Assembly: GCA_963700285.1 (NCBI GenBank)
Contig: CAVOXA010000010.1
Coordinates: forward strand, 1,536,001-1,600,000
DNA from: an uncultured Chloroflexia bacterium
GTDB lineage: Bacteria; Chloroflexota; Anaerolineae; JAAYZQ01
DNA: 64,000 nt
Reading direction: 5' to 3'
The position numbers were made by a program, and so were the translations under genes. Shown one piece after another: positions 10,634 through 21,300 of this stretch. How positions within the stretch are numbered: the stretch's first letter is position 1; every line of letters starts with the position of its first letter. The notes under the pieces were generated by a model, which saw nothing but the letters and a program-made list of their open reading frames with translations, made no database searches and was not told the origin of the DNA.

Positions 10634-10662
10634 ATTGTAACAGATCATTGGCCTGATGTCAA
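10634..10662 (-). promoter_or_regulatory. Sigma70 promoter for the small membrane gene
   Basis: Minus strand TTGACA (10662-10657)-N17-TACAAT (10639-10634) with a TG extension. Confidence 0.8.
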
Positions 10663-10754
10663 ACCAGGCATGATTGGGGTCAGGCAGACCTGCCCGTGCC
10701 CGAATCGAGGCGGGAGCAGCACACCCGCATGCCACAGTATCGGGGGTTCTTCAG

Positions 10755-10782
10755 TTGCCAAACTCGGAGAATGTGGTATAAT
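10755..10782 (+). promoter_or_regulatory. Sigma70 promoter for the APC transporter
   Basis: TTGCCA-N16-TATAAT with TGn extension. Confidence 0.65.
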
Positions 10783-10865
10783 AGGAGCCGCGGATGGCCG
10801 CCTTGCGCCTTGTGGAACGCTGAGGCTGGGGGCGGCGTTCTTTTTGCCGAAAGAGGTATAGATCA

Positions 10866-13290
10866 ATGGCGAACCACAACTTGGATGGAGGCGAGGTCAC
10901 GCTAGCGCGCACACTAGGTCTTTTTGACGCCACCATGATCGGCCTGGGGGCCATGATCGGGGCTGGCGTTTTCGTGCTGACGGGCATCGCGGCTGGCGGG
11001 GCGGGTCCGGCGGCGATCATTGCCTTTGCTCTTAATGGTATTGTCACCACCTTCACGGCGTTTAGCTATGCCGAATTGGCCTCCGCCATCCCTGAGGCCG
11101 GCGGAGGTTATTCTTTCGTCAAGCGGGCCATGCCGCCTGCGCTGGGATTTCTGTCTGGTTGGATGCTCTGGTTTGCCTATACGGTGGCCTGCGCCCTCTA
11201 CGCTGTGGGCTTTGGTGGCTACTTTGTCGAGCTGTTGGGTGGCTATTGGCCCGCCGCCTACGAGGCATTGATCGGCACTCTGGGACATCACTATGCCGTG
11301 GCGCTGGTCACCTTTTTCATCAGTGCCTTCTTTATCAGCCTCAACGTGTTGGGCGCCGATGTGACTGGCAAGGCCGAGAATATCGTGACCATGGCCAAGA
11401 TCATCATTCTCGGGTTGTTCATCTCATTTGGGTTGATTGCACTGTTCAAGCGACCGGATGCCGTGACCGCTTTCAAGCCCATGTTTCCCAAGGGCTTTGG
11501 CGGAGTTATCGCGGCCATGGGGCTGACTTTTATCGCCTTTGAGGGCTACGATCTCATCGCCACTGTAAGCGAAGAGGTCAAGGACCCGAAAAAGAACATT
11601 CCCAAGGCGACATTTATCTCCCTTGGGGCTGCTGTACTCATCTACCTGTTCATCTTGTTGGTTTCCATCGGTGCTGTGGACCCTACCGGCTTTGACGTAT
11701 ACGGCAAGACCTACGATCAACTGCCTGCTGAGTTAGAGATCACCGAACCGCTGGACCCCAACGACCCAGAGATCAATACTTCCTGGGAGATCCTGGGCAT
11801 CTACAAGGAAACCGGCATCGTCCGTGCCGCGCGAGAACTTTATGCCCCAGTTCGGAGTAGCCCTTATTGTCTTTGGCGGGCTTTTTTCCACCATGTCTGC
11901 GCTGAATGCCACCGTTCTGGCCTCGTCGCGGGTCAGTTTCAGCATGGGACGCGAGCGGATGCTGCCCCCTGCTTTGGGAAGCATCCATCCCTTGCGCCGA
12001 ACTCCCCACGTGGCTGTGCTCATCACAGGGCTCATTATCGTGGCCGTCGCCGTGCTGCTGCCTCTGGAGGTGGTGGGTTCTGGGGCGAGCTTGATGTTTT
12101 TGCTTTCCTTTGCCCTGACCAACGCGGCCATGATCTTGATCCGGGTCAACGAGCCTGACCTGCCCCGGGGCTTTCGGGCGCCGCTTTTTCCTCTGCTGCC
12201 GATCCTGGGCATTGTCTTCAACCTTGGGCTGGCTATCTATTTGTTCACCTTCCAACCAATGGCCTGGTACGTTGGCCTGATCTGGGTGGTTCTGGGCGCG
12301 GTGGTCTATCTGGCTTATACGGTACGTGCAGGGGAGCAGGAGCCGTGGCTGCCGGTCAAGATCTTGCACGAAGAGCGACTGGTACCCAAAGAGTACAACG
12401 TACTGATTCCCCTGGCCAATGAGAAGCAAGCACGGATGTTGGGCATCCTGGGAGCAGCCATTGCCAAGGGACACGATGGTGAGGTACTGGCCCTGCACGT
12501 TGTCCGGGTGCCGGTTCAGCTCTCGATGTCCAATGGACGGATGTTTTTGAGGGAGGGCAAGCCAATTCTGGAGGAGGCTATTCACCAGGCCCAGGAGCTG
12601 GATGTCCCAGTGCACACCATGATCCGATTGGACCGGCATGTCGGACGAGCGATCATCGACACCGCTCGGGAGCAACGGGTAGATTTGATGATTATGGGTT
12701 GGCCTGGCGAGACTGAAAGTCCACACCGTGCTTTTGGAAGCGTAATCGATCTGGTTGCCGTTAACCCGCCGTGCGACTTGGCCGTGGTCCGTTTCCGAAA
12801 GCGGCAGGAGCCGAGACGGATCCTGGTGCCCACCTCCGGGGGCGCGAACACCAATCTGGCCATCAGCCTGGCCATAGACCAGGCCCGCCAGTTTGCTGCA
12901 CAAACTGGGGAGTCGCCGGTTATCACCCTGCAATACATCTGTGTCCCGGCTGCGGCCAGTCCCGAAGTGCGGGCCCGGGGCTATGAACTCTTGCACAACC
13001 TGGCCTCAGCTTTCGACTTTCCCTTGGAAGTGAAGGTGACAGCAGCTGACGATGTAGTGGATGGCATTGTGGCGGAGTCTGGCCAGCATAATCTGGTGGT
13101 GATCGGCGCTACGGCTGAGCGCCTGTTCGATCAAGCTCTTTTTGGTACCATCCCTGAACATGTTGCACGCCGCGCTCCGGTCACCGTCATGATGGTCAAG
13201 GGGTACAAGGGGCCGGTGAGGTCGTGGATCGGGCGCAGTTTCTCTCAGTTTTTTGCCTTGGGCGAGCGACGGCGTGCCAAGTCTCCCTAG
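10866..13290 (+). CDS. APC-family amino-acid permease with C-terminal universal stress protein domains; frameshift near 11835
   Basis: GAMIGAGVF, YAELASAIPEAGGGY, AFEGYD..EEVKDPKKNIP. ORF 11824..13290 continues the TMs, then NVLIPLAN..DLMIMGW and RILVPTSGG..LVVIGAT USP folds. Confidence 0.88.
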
Positions 13291-13300
13291 GTCCCCTTTT

Positions 13301-13329
13301 TTGCCAAATCAGTGTGCCTGTGCTAGAAT
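13301..13329 (+). promoter_or_regulatory. Sigma70 promoter
   Basis: TTGCCA-N17-TAGAAT with TG extension. Confidence 0.6.
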
Positions 13330-13677
13330 CCGCGTTATGCTCGCCGTAGGAGAGTGGTGGAATTCATAAGCGTGCATTGCCAAAGACCCCGGGCTGAGCC
13401 GACGCTGACCGGCAAATGCCAGTCGGCTGCGGGCTTGGTTTCGGGGTATTTTCACGTGATGAGTACCAAGAATCTATCTTAAGGCCGTTTCAATGCTCCA
13501 GGTTTCGAGCGGAAGCTTTCGTCGGAGGTACATATTATACTCGGAACGGGCATCTGGAGCTTTTTCGATAAGCGATTGGCACCTCTGTCGGTTGTGGTGG
13601 AGCAAGGTGCCAGGTTTTGAGCGAACAGAACCGTAGACTGTGGATTGGGATCTGAGGCAAAGAACGGAGGAGAGACT

Positions 13678-16600
13678 ATGGGACAGGATCAAAACTCGTT
13701 TCTCGGGGAGCTAGGTTCAGCCCTGGAAAACAGACGGACCGGTTGGGTCCTCAACGTTGCAATTGTGGCCCTGGTGATGGCGGCCCTGCTCTTGCCGCCA
13801 GTGTCGGCTCAGGAGCGTGTTCTCGATGCGGGCTATGAGACGATTGATCATGAAACAGGAGGCTCCGTAGAGGATCCCGATGGCATGCAGGTGACCGTGT
13901 GGCCGCAAGGGATGGAAAAAAACGTCAAGTTGAAGGTCGAGTCGGTGCCGAGGAGCCAGCTTTATGGATGGTTCGGCGGGTAGTGATCTGGTCGAGGCAG
14001 CCAAGTTGCTTCCCTCTCACCTGCACGTCAAGAGCCCTATCTATGAGATTGGTCTCAAGGGTCCCATGCCCACCAGCGCGTCGCTTGTCGTTCCGATTCC
14101 CAACAATGCAGAGCCCTACGAGACGCTGTCCCTCTACAGTTGGAACGGCGAAGAATGGGAGTTCGTGCCAAGCCAGGTGATTCTCGAAGACGATGCCCTT
14201 GAGGCTCACCTGGACTATCTGCCGCAGACGGTTACCGCGGTTCAGAGTGCTGCACAACCACCGAGAGTGAGTGCCGAGTTGCCGGAATATGTCTCGCTCC
14301 CTGATCTGGGAAACCAGGCTCTGACGGAGCTGAACCCTCTGGGCTACTATCTGGGATCTGAGAACAATATCGAAGGCAGCCTGCCCACGCTACCTGAAAT
14401 GGAGGGCGGAGAGTCGTATCGCGTGCTGCCTACCCTGCGCAACTGGACTGACGACGGAGTTGTGCGCAGCGACTTGGTCGACAATATGCTGGTTGCTCCC
14501 GAGTCCCGCGATGCCCACGCCCAAGCCATCGTGGATCTGGTGGTAGGTGAAATGTATGGTGGGATTGACTTGGACTATCAGGGCATCAACCCAGACTTGA
14601 GTGACGAGTATACGTATCTTTCGTCAATCGCTTGACTGAGGAGCTACACGCCAATGGCAAGCGGCTCACGCTGCACGCCGAGACGCCTGTCCAGATCTCC
14701 GAAGACGTCTGGGAAACGGGGGCGTACGACTGGGTAGCCTTGGGGCGGGCCGTGGATGGGTTCAAGTTCCCTGCAGGCCAGGATCCGGCAGCCTACGCGC
14801 CAGGGGGCCAGATGGAATCCCTTCTTTGGTGGGCGGTGGGCGAGGTTGAACGGTACAAACTGCAACCTTTGTACTCAACACATAGTGTGGAGAATGCAAA
14901 CGGCGTATTGCTAGAACATACCTACCGCGATGCCCTGGCCAGGCTGAGTGATGTAGCGGTTCAGCAAGGGGATGATGTTCTAGATCCTGGCGAGCAGGTG
15001 ACCGTGAGCCTTGATACTGCAGGGGTCCAGTTCGACCCTTCCAGTGGCCAGTACTGGTTTACCTACAATGACGAGGCAAGCGGCCAGCAGCGAACGATCT
15101 GGCTGGAGGATGCCAGCAGCGCTCAGCCGGAAACTGGACCTATTGAGTCGCTTCAACCTTGGAGGCGTAGCCTTTGCAGCGCTGTGGGACGAGGGCAACG
15201 ATCCCCGCATGTGGGATCTGGTGCGCGATTATCAAGCCTCAGGTCAAGCGGGGCTGGCGCCCGTGGATAGCAGCTTCTCTGTCGTATGGAGCGTGGAGAA
15301 TACAGGCGCAGGCCAGATTTCTGAAGAGACCACCGGGCTGGACCAGGTCAGCTATACCTGGACAGCGCTCGAACCAGGCGAGTATCAGATTGGCGCTGCT
15401 ATTGTTGCCAACAATGGCCAGACAGTGGCAGGCAGTGACAAAGTCGCCCTTGTCGTGGTCACCCCGTCGCCGACGCCAACCCCGACCCCAACGCCCACGC
15501 CGGTTCCAACGATGACGCCCACGCCGTTGCCGTCGCCCACTCCCACCCCTATCCCGCCCACTCCCACCCCTATCCCGCCCACGCCCGCAACGTCGAGCAG
15601 CAGCCCCAAACCAACAGCCCAACCAAGCAGCGGTGGCGGCAGCAGCAATCCTCCACCCAATACCAAGTTTGGCTATGGCATCCAGGCGCACATGGTTCAT
15701 AACGGCCAGGAAGGTACCGTCATGGCCAAAACCAAGGACATGGGCTTTGGTTGGGTCAAGCAACAGGTGGAATGGAAACACTTTGAGGCGAGCAGGGGCA
15801 ACTATGACTGGGGCGCCTTGGACCCCATTGTAAATGCAGCCAAGGCTGCGGGCGTCAAAGTTCTGTGGAGTGTGGTGAATGCCCCTCCATGGGCGCGTCC
15901 GGGCGGGGACCTGAGTGTCGGCGGCCCACCCAACAACCCCCAGGATTTTGCCAACTTTTTGGGAGCGATGGCGGGCCGTTACTGCGGGAGTAGTGTCAAG
16001 GCCATTGAGGTCTGGAACGAGCAGAACCTGCACTACGAATGGGGCAACCAGAAGATCGATCCTGCTGCCTACATGGCGCTGCTCAAACCCTCCTACAACA
16101 AGATCAAGGCGGCGTGCCCCAGCATGATTGTGATCAGTGGGGCCCTGACACCCACCGGCGCTCCGGCTCCCAAGGCTATGGATGACTATGCCTACCTGGA
16201 AGGCATGTACCAGAACGGCCTAAAGAACTATAGCGACGCCATCGGCGCGCACCCCAGCGGCTTTAACGTGGCGCCCTGGGTACCGGGTGGGAAGGCAGCC
16301 TGCGATTTCATCACCGACAGATGCTGCCAGTTTTCGGGGGCCGTGCAATACCTTGCATCATTCCTGGAGTTTCTATGCTACGTTGAATGGATATTACCGG
16401 ATCATGCAAAAGTACGGCGATGGCGGGAAAAAGATCTGGCCGACCGAGTTTGGCTGGGCAACCAACTGGATCGGCGACGCGAGCTATGGCTACGCCCAGG
16501 ACAATACCCGGGAAGAGCAGGCTACCTGGACGGCAGAAGCCTACAAATTGATGAAACAGTGGGGCTTTGTGGGGGTTGCCTTTCTCTGGAACCTCAACTT

Positions 16601-16703
16601 TGATGTGGTCGCCCCGGGTACCGAAAAGGCGCAATGGGCCATCCTTAATTCTGACTGGAGCGCGACGGCGGCGTACAATAGGCTCAAGGCTCTGCCAAAG
16701 TAG
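13678..16703 (+). CDS. Membrane-anchored multidomain glycoside hydrolase (GH18-like domain, Pro/Thr linker, clan GH-A catalytic domain); about 4 frameshifts
   Basis: Joined from ORFs 13645, 13964, 14632, 15011 and 16287: [21 protein letters not shown] (GH18-like), (PT)n linker, [20 protein letters not shown] (acid/base), IWPTEFGW (nucleophile). Confidence 0.75.
15461..15590 (+). repeat. Pro/Thr tandem repeat linker
   Basis: [42 protein letters not shown]. Confidence 0.9.
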
Positions 16704-16722
16704 TAGGTTCGATATGCAAAGT

Positions 16723-16755
16723 ACAGGGCACGGGTTGTCACCCGTGCCCTGTTTT
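16723..16755 (+). terminator. Intrinsic terminator
   Basis: ACAGGGCACGGG-ttgtca-CCCGTGCCCTGT followed by TTT. Confidence 0.85.
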
Positions 16756-16875
16756 GTGATCGGATCTGCTCAGCAGCCCGTGCTCTCCACGTTGTAGCCC
16801 TTGCGACCAGCCCCTGAATGAAAGAGAGGCCATCAGATTGTCATCTGACTGCCTCGCCTTTGGGTGTGTGCTGGT

Positions 16876-17670
16876 TCAATAGGTACGCTGCCAGTCGACC
16901 CGATGTCCGTTTACAGCATTTGCATCGAACTGGATCTGTACCTTGGTACTGATTTGGTTGCCGGCGGCATCCACAAGAGCGATCTCCCAATTGACCACGG
17001 AAGTGTTGATGGGAATGTCATAGTTACCTAACTCGGCCCCCCCTTTGGTGATGGCCACGATTGGCGGATTCCATTCATTGGCTACTTGCACCGAGACTCC
17101 CTCTAGGCCGTTGCCAGCAGCATCTTTGACTGTGCCATAGATATAGCAGCAGATGGGATAGTCGGGATTGGCAGCAGGGGGACCGGCCAAACGGAACTGG
17201 TGGGCCGGGGCGGCGACCGGTGTGGGCGGTTGTGCTGGTGGCGTGCCACCGTCGCTCGCTGGAATTGTGGGTGTACTGGCCGGCTGGCTAGGTGGTACAG
17301 CCGTATGGTTTGGTTGGACGGCAGGCACGGTTGGTGGTTTGGTCGTGGAGGTAGCAGGTAGTTCAGCAGGCTGGCTGGGTAGGGCAGATCCAGGCGAGAC
17401 TGTGATCGTGAGGGTGGTGGTGATCGCTTGCGTCAGCACTTGACCCTGATCTGGTAGACGCGTCGGGGTGAGGTTCTGGGTGGGCGTGATCCCGATAGGC
17501 GGGGCGGTGCTTGGTCTGCTGGTGGCCCCGGCTTCTTGGGCGTCGCTTTCCGGAGGCCGCTGGGCGCGCAGTGTCTCACGTCCTGAAATAAAGCCCGTGT
17601 AGGCGACGTAGAACCCCAGTATCAGAACCAACAGTATGAGCAGAAACCCAAATGCATAACCCTTGTTCAT
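16876..17670 (-). CDS. Membrane-anchored Pro/Thr-rich protein with C-terminal carboxypeptidase-regulatory-like (prealbumin-fold) domain
   Basis: N-terminal TM, long P/T/S linker, IYGTVKDAAGNGLEGVSVQV. Confidence 0.75.
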   Translation of the reverse strand: MNKGYAFGFLLILLVLILGFYVAYTGFISGRETLRAQRPPESDAQEAGATSRPSTAPPIGITPTQNLTPTRLPDQGQVLTQAITTTLTITVSPGSALPSQPAELPATSTTKPPTVPAVQPNHTAVPPSQPASTPTIPASDGGTPPAQPPTPVAAPAHQFRLAGPPAANPDYPICCYIYGTVKDAAGNGLEGVSVQVANEWNPPIVAITKGGAELGNYDIPINTSVVNWEIALVDAAGNQISTKVQIQFDANAVNGHRVDWQRTY

Positions 17671-17859
17671 GGGAGCGATCAGACCCTTGAATGTGTTGGA
17701 CGCGGTGCCAGGCTATGGCCTATGTAGACCATGGTGGAGCAGTGTGCGCATCATGATGCCGCACGTCTCATGCGGGCGCATTATACCTCAAAAGACCAAG
17801 CGGGCCAAATTGACTTGCCACCTGCTCTCTGCTGAACACAATCACCAATCGCAGCACAA

Positions 17860-17888
17860 TTGACACCATCCCCCTTTCCAGTTATAAT
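17860..17888 (+). promoter_or_regulatory. Consensus sigma70 promoter of tRNA-Val
   Basis: TTGACA-N17-TATAAT. Confidence 0.9.
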
Positions 17889-17899
17889 ACTTGTGCAGA

Positions 17900-17975
17900 G
17901 GGCGAATAGCTCAGCCGGGAGAGCGCTTCCCTTACAAGGAAGAGGTCACAGGTTCGAGCCCTGTTTCGCCCACCA
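17900..17975 (+). tRNA. tRNA-Val (anticodon UAC)
   Basis: GGGCGAA/TTCGCCC acceptor stem, D arm AGCTCAG..GGGAGAGC, anticodon arm CTTCC-CTTACAA-GGAAG, T loop GGTTCGAGCC, encoded CCA; 76 nt. Confidence 0.97.
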
Positions 17976-17980
17976 TCTGC

Positions 17981-18011
17981 AAAAAGGGTCCTCATCAGGA
18001 GGACCCTTTTT
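17981..18011 (+). terminator. Intrinsic terminator after tRNA
   Basis: AAAAAGGGTCCTC-atcag-GAGGACCCTTTTT. Confidence 0.9.
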
Positions 18012-18351
18012 GCATTCCACCACCCCGAGCTCGCCTTTCCTGCGACACCAGGAACTCGCCATACCCACGCAGCCAGAACCTTGTTATTCCTGCGGAGCCT
18101 GCCCCCGAGCAGTCAGGGGGCGGGAATCCACACCTCCAACCAACCTATGAGCTTCCCAGTTTTTCATTTCGTCACCACAGAAACACCAGATCAGCCCGCA
18201 TTTCACTCTGCCTTTGTCCTCCTCCGCGTTCTCTGCGTCTCCGCGGTAGATCGTCCCAAATCACAACCAACACCCCACATTGCACCGCTGTCTGAAAAAT
18301 GATATACTACGGCCTCGGTAATCCGAAAACCAGCGACTTTTCAAGAGTCTT

Positions 18352-21300
18352 ATGGGGACATCAGACAAAACCGACAAGCACACCCGCTCCCACACAGGTT
18401 GGATCATCCTCCTCCTGCTCGCCATCCTCCTGCTAGGAGCCATCTTTCGTTTCTACAACGTCAACTGGGACAAGGGCACCTACCACATTCACCCCGACGA
18501 GCGCCACACGACCATGGTCGTAAGCGCTATCCAATGGCCGGCGAGCCTGGGCGAGTATTTTGACACCAGCCGCTCGCCCCTGAACCCCCGCAACGCCGGC
18601 AGCGTCTACTTTTACGGCACCCTGCCCCTCTTTCTAACCAAAGCCGTCGCCGCCCAGGCCGACAGTTTCCTCGACCTCTTCCGCCAGCCACCGCAGTTGG
18701 CCCAGGGATCGGACCAGATTGCGGGCCTGACTATCCCTGCCAGCCTGTCCAGCTATGACCAGATCCACCTCGTCGGCCGCGTCCTCTCCGCCCTCTTTGA
18801 CTTGGGCTCGGTGCTCTTGCTCTTTTTCCTGGCCCGCCGGCTCTTTGACTGGCGCGTGGGCCTCATCGCCTCCTTCCTGCTGGCCCTGACGGTGCTCAAC
18901 ATCCAGGGCTCCCATTACTTTTCCGTCGACACCTTTCTCACCTTCTTTGTCCTGCTCACCATCTGGTTCACCCTCGACGTCGCCGAGGGCAAGGGCTGGC
19001 CCGTCTTCCTGGGCCTGGGCCTGGCCATGGGGCTTACTTTGGCGGCCAAAGTGAGTGTCTTTCTCCTGGTCATCGTCGTCGCCCTCGGCGCCTGGCTCCG
19101 GGTCCGGCATCAGGTATTCGGTGGGCGCAGCCCGCGCAGCGCCTTCCTGCGTACCACGGGCGGCCTCATGCTGGCCGCCCTCGTCTCCATCTTTGTCTTT
19201 CGTTTGGCCCAACCCTACGCCTGGGCCGGCCCCAACTATGACCGCTACGACACCGTCCCCGAGCCCTGGGGCCAGCGTCTGCGCTTCTTTGAGGCCGTCC
19301 CCGAACCCATCCGCGCCGTCATCATGCCCAATCCCCAGTGGATCGCCGACATCGTCTCCGCCGGCGCCCAGCAGACCGGCGAAGCCGACATGCCCTGGGG
19401 CCGCCAGTGGACCGAACGCGCCCCCTGGCTCTGGCCCCTGGAAAACATCCTCCTCTGGGCCCTGGGCCTGCCCATCGGCATCGCCGCCATCTTGGGCATC
19501 ATCCTAGCCATCACCAACCTAATCCGCGCCTGGCGGAAGACCCGAACCCAGCCCCATCTCGCCACCCCCTCTCCCCCTCACCCCATCTCCCCCTCACCCC
19601 TTCTCCTTGTCCCTTTGACCTGGGTCCTGCTTACCTTCTTCTGGCAGGGCATGCAGTACGTCAAGTCGGTCCGCTACTTCCTGCCCATCTTTCCCTATCT
19701 ATCCATGTTCGCCGCTTACCTGGTCGTCAGCGCCTGGGACTGGGCCAAGGTCAAGGGTCGGGGCGCCAAGATCCTGGCCGGCGCCCTGGCCACCCTCGTC
19801 CTCGTCGGCGCGCTGGCCTGGGCCTGGGCCTTCCTCCAGATCTACCGCGAGCCCATCACCCGCGTCCAGGCCACCCGCTGGATGTACGAAAACATCGAGT
19901 CCGGCGCTACCCTCCACTACCGTGACCTCGATGGCGAGACCGGCCAGTTCCAGATTCCCCTGCCCTCGACCCAGGAATATACCATAGACGGCCGGTGGAT
20001 CACCAATGCCTTCACCGCACCCCAGGACCTCATCGCCACTACCCTGGTCATGAACAACCTCACCGGCCTCTACGGGCCCGTCGACGGCGCCTTTGAGGTC
20101 CAGATCCTTGCCGACCTGGCTGACGAGGTACCCCTCGCCCGGGCGCAGATCGAGGCCACCTTTGGTGGGCCCGCCTCTTTGGCTAAAACCCAAAAGCTCG
20201 TCTTCAAGCTCGGAGACGTACCTCTGGCTGAGGGCCAGCACTACTACCTGCAGACCCGGCCACTGAGCGGCGCGCCCCTGGTCAGCAAGGGTGCAGCCAT
20301 CGCCAACGAGCACTTTGACGACCCGCTACCCTTCAACATGGACGGCCGCGTGGCCTTTGGCTCGGGGTCCTACCGCGGCCTCGACCTGGCCCTCTATAAC
20401 GAGGACACGCCCGAAGAGCTGGAAGCGGTGCTCGACATCCTCGACGAGGCCGACTATATCAGCATGAGCAGCGGCCGTCTGTGGCAATCCATTCCCCGCC
20501 TGCCCATGCGCTACCCCGTCACCACCCGTTACTATGAGCTGCTCTTTGCCGAACAGTTGGGCTTTGAGAAAGCGGCCGAATTCCATTCCTACCCGCGCCT
20601 CTTTGGTTTCGAGTTCGACGACACCTGGGCCGAGGAGCAGTTCACCGTCTACGACCATCCCAAGGTACTCATCTACCGCAAGACCGCCGCCTACGACCGC
20701 GACCAGGCCCGCGCCCTGCTCAGCGACGGCGTCGACTGGGACAACATTGCCCACTGGCTCAACCCTCGCGACGTGCCCGAGTGGAAGCGTACCCACCAGC
20801 AAGAGCAACAGAGCGACCAGGAGGGAGCGGGCGATCTCAAGCTCACCGCGGCGCAGCGGCAGGTGCAGGAGCAGGGCGGCACCTGGTCCAAGATCTTTGA
20901 CCGGGGCTCTCTGCCCAACCGCTGGCCAACCCTGACCTGGCTCCTCCTGCTCGCCGTCGTCGGCCTGGCCGCGCTGCCCCTCACCCTGGCCATCCTGGGC
21001 CAGCTCCCCGACCACGGTTACATCCTGGCCCGTCTGGTGGGCGTCCTGATGCTGGCCTGGCTGGCCTGGGTACTGACCAACTATACCCCCCTGAATTACA
21101 CGCGGGGCACCATCGCCCTGGCCCTGGCCCTCATCACCTTCGTCTCCTGGGGCTCGCTCATCTTTCCCGGGCAGCGCCGCCGCCTGCTCGACCTGTGGCG
21201 CACCCGCCGCGGCCTCATCCTGGCCAGTGAACTCCTATTCCTCGGCTTTTTTGCTCTCATCTGGCTCACCCGCTGGGCCAACCCCAATCTGTGGCACGCC

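Noticed and set aside
13330-13460. SRP RNA or a c-di-AMP/c-di-GMP riboswitch
   Set aside because: The conserved core motifs of these RNAs were not found by eye on either strand.
17900-18350. tRNA-Val as an island integration site
   Set aside because: No integrase and no duplicated tRNA 3' end was seen in the window.
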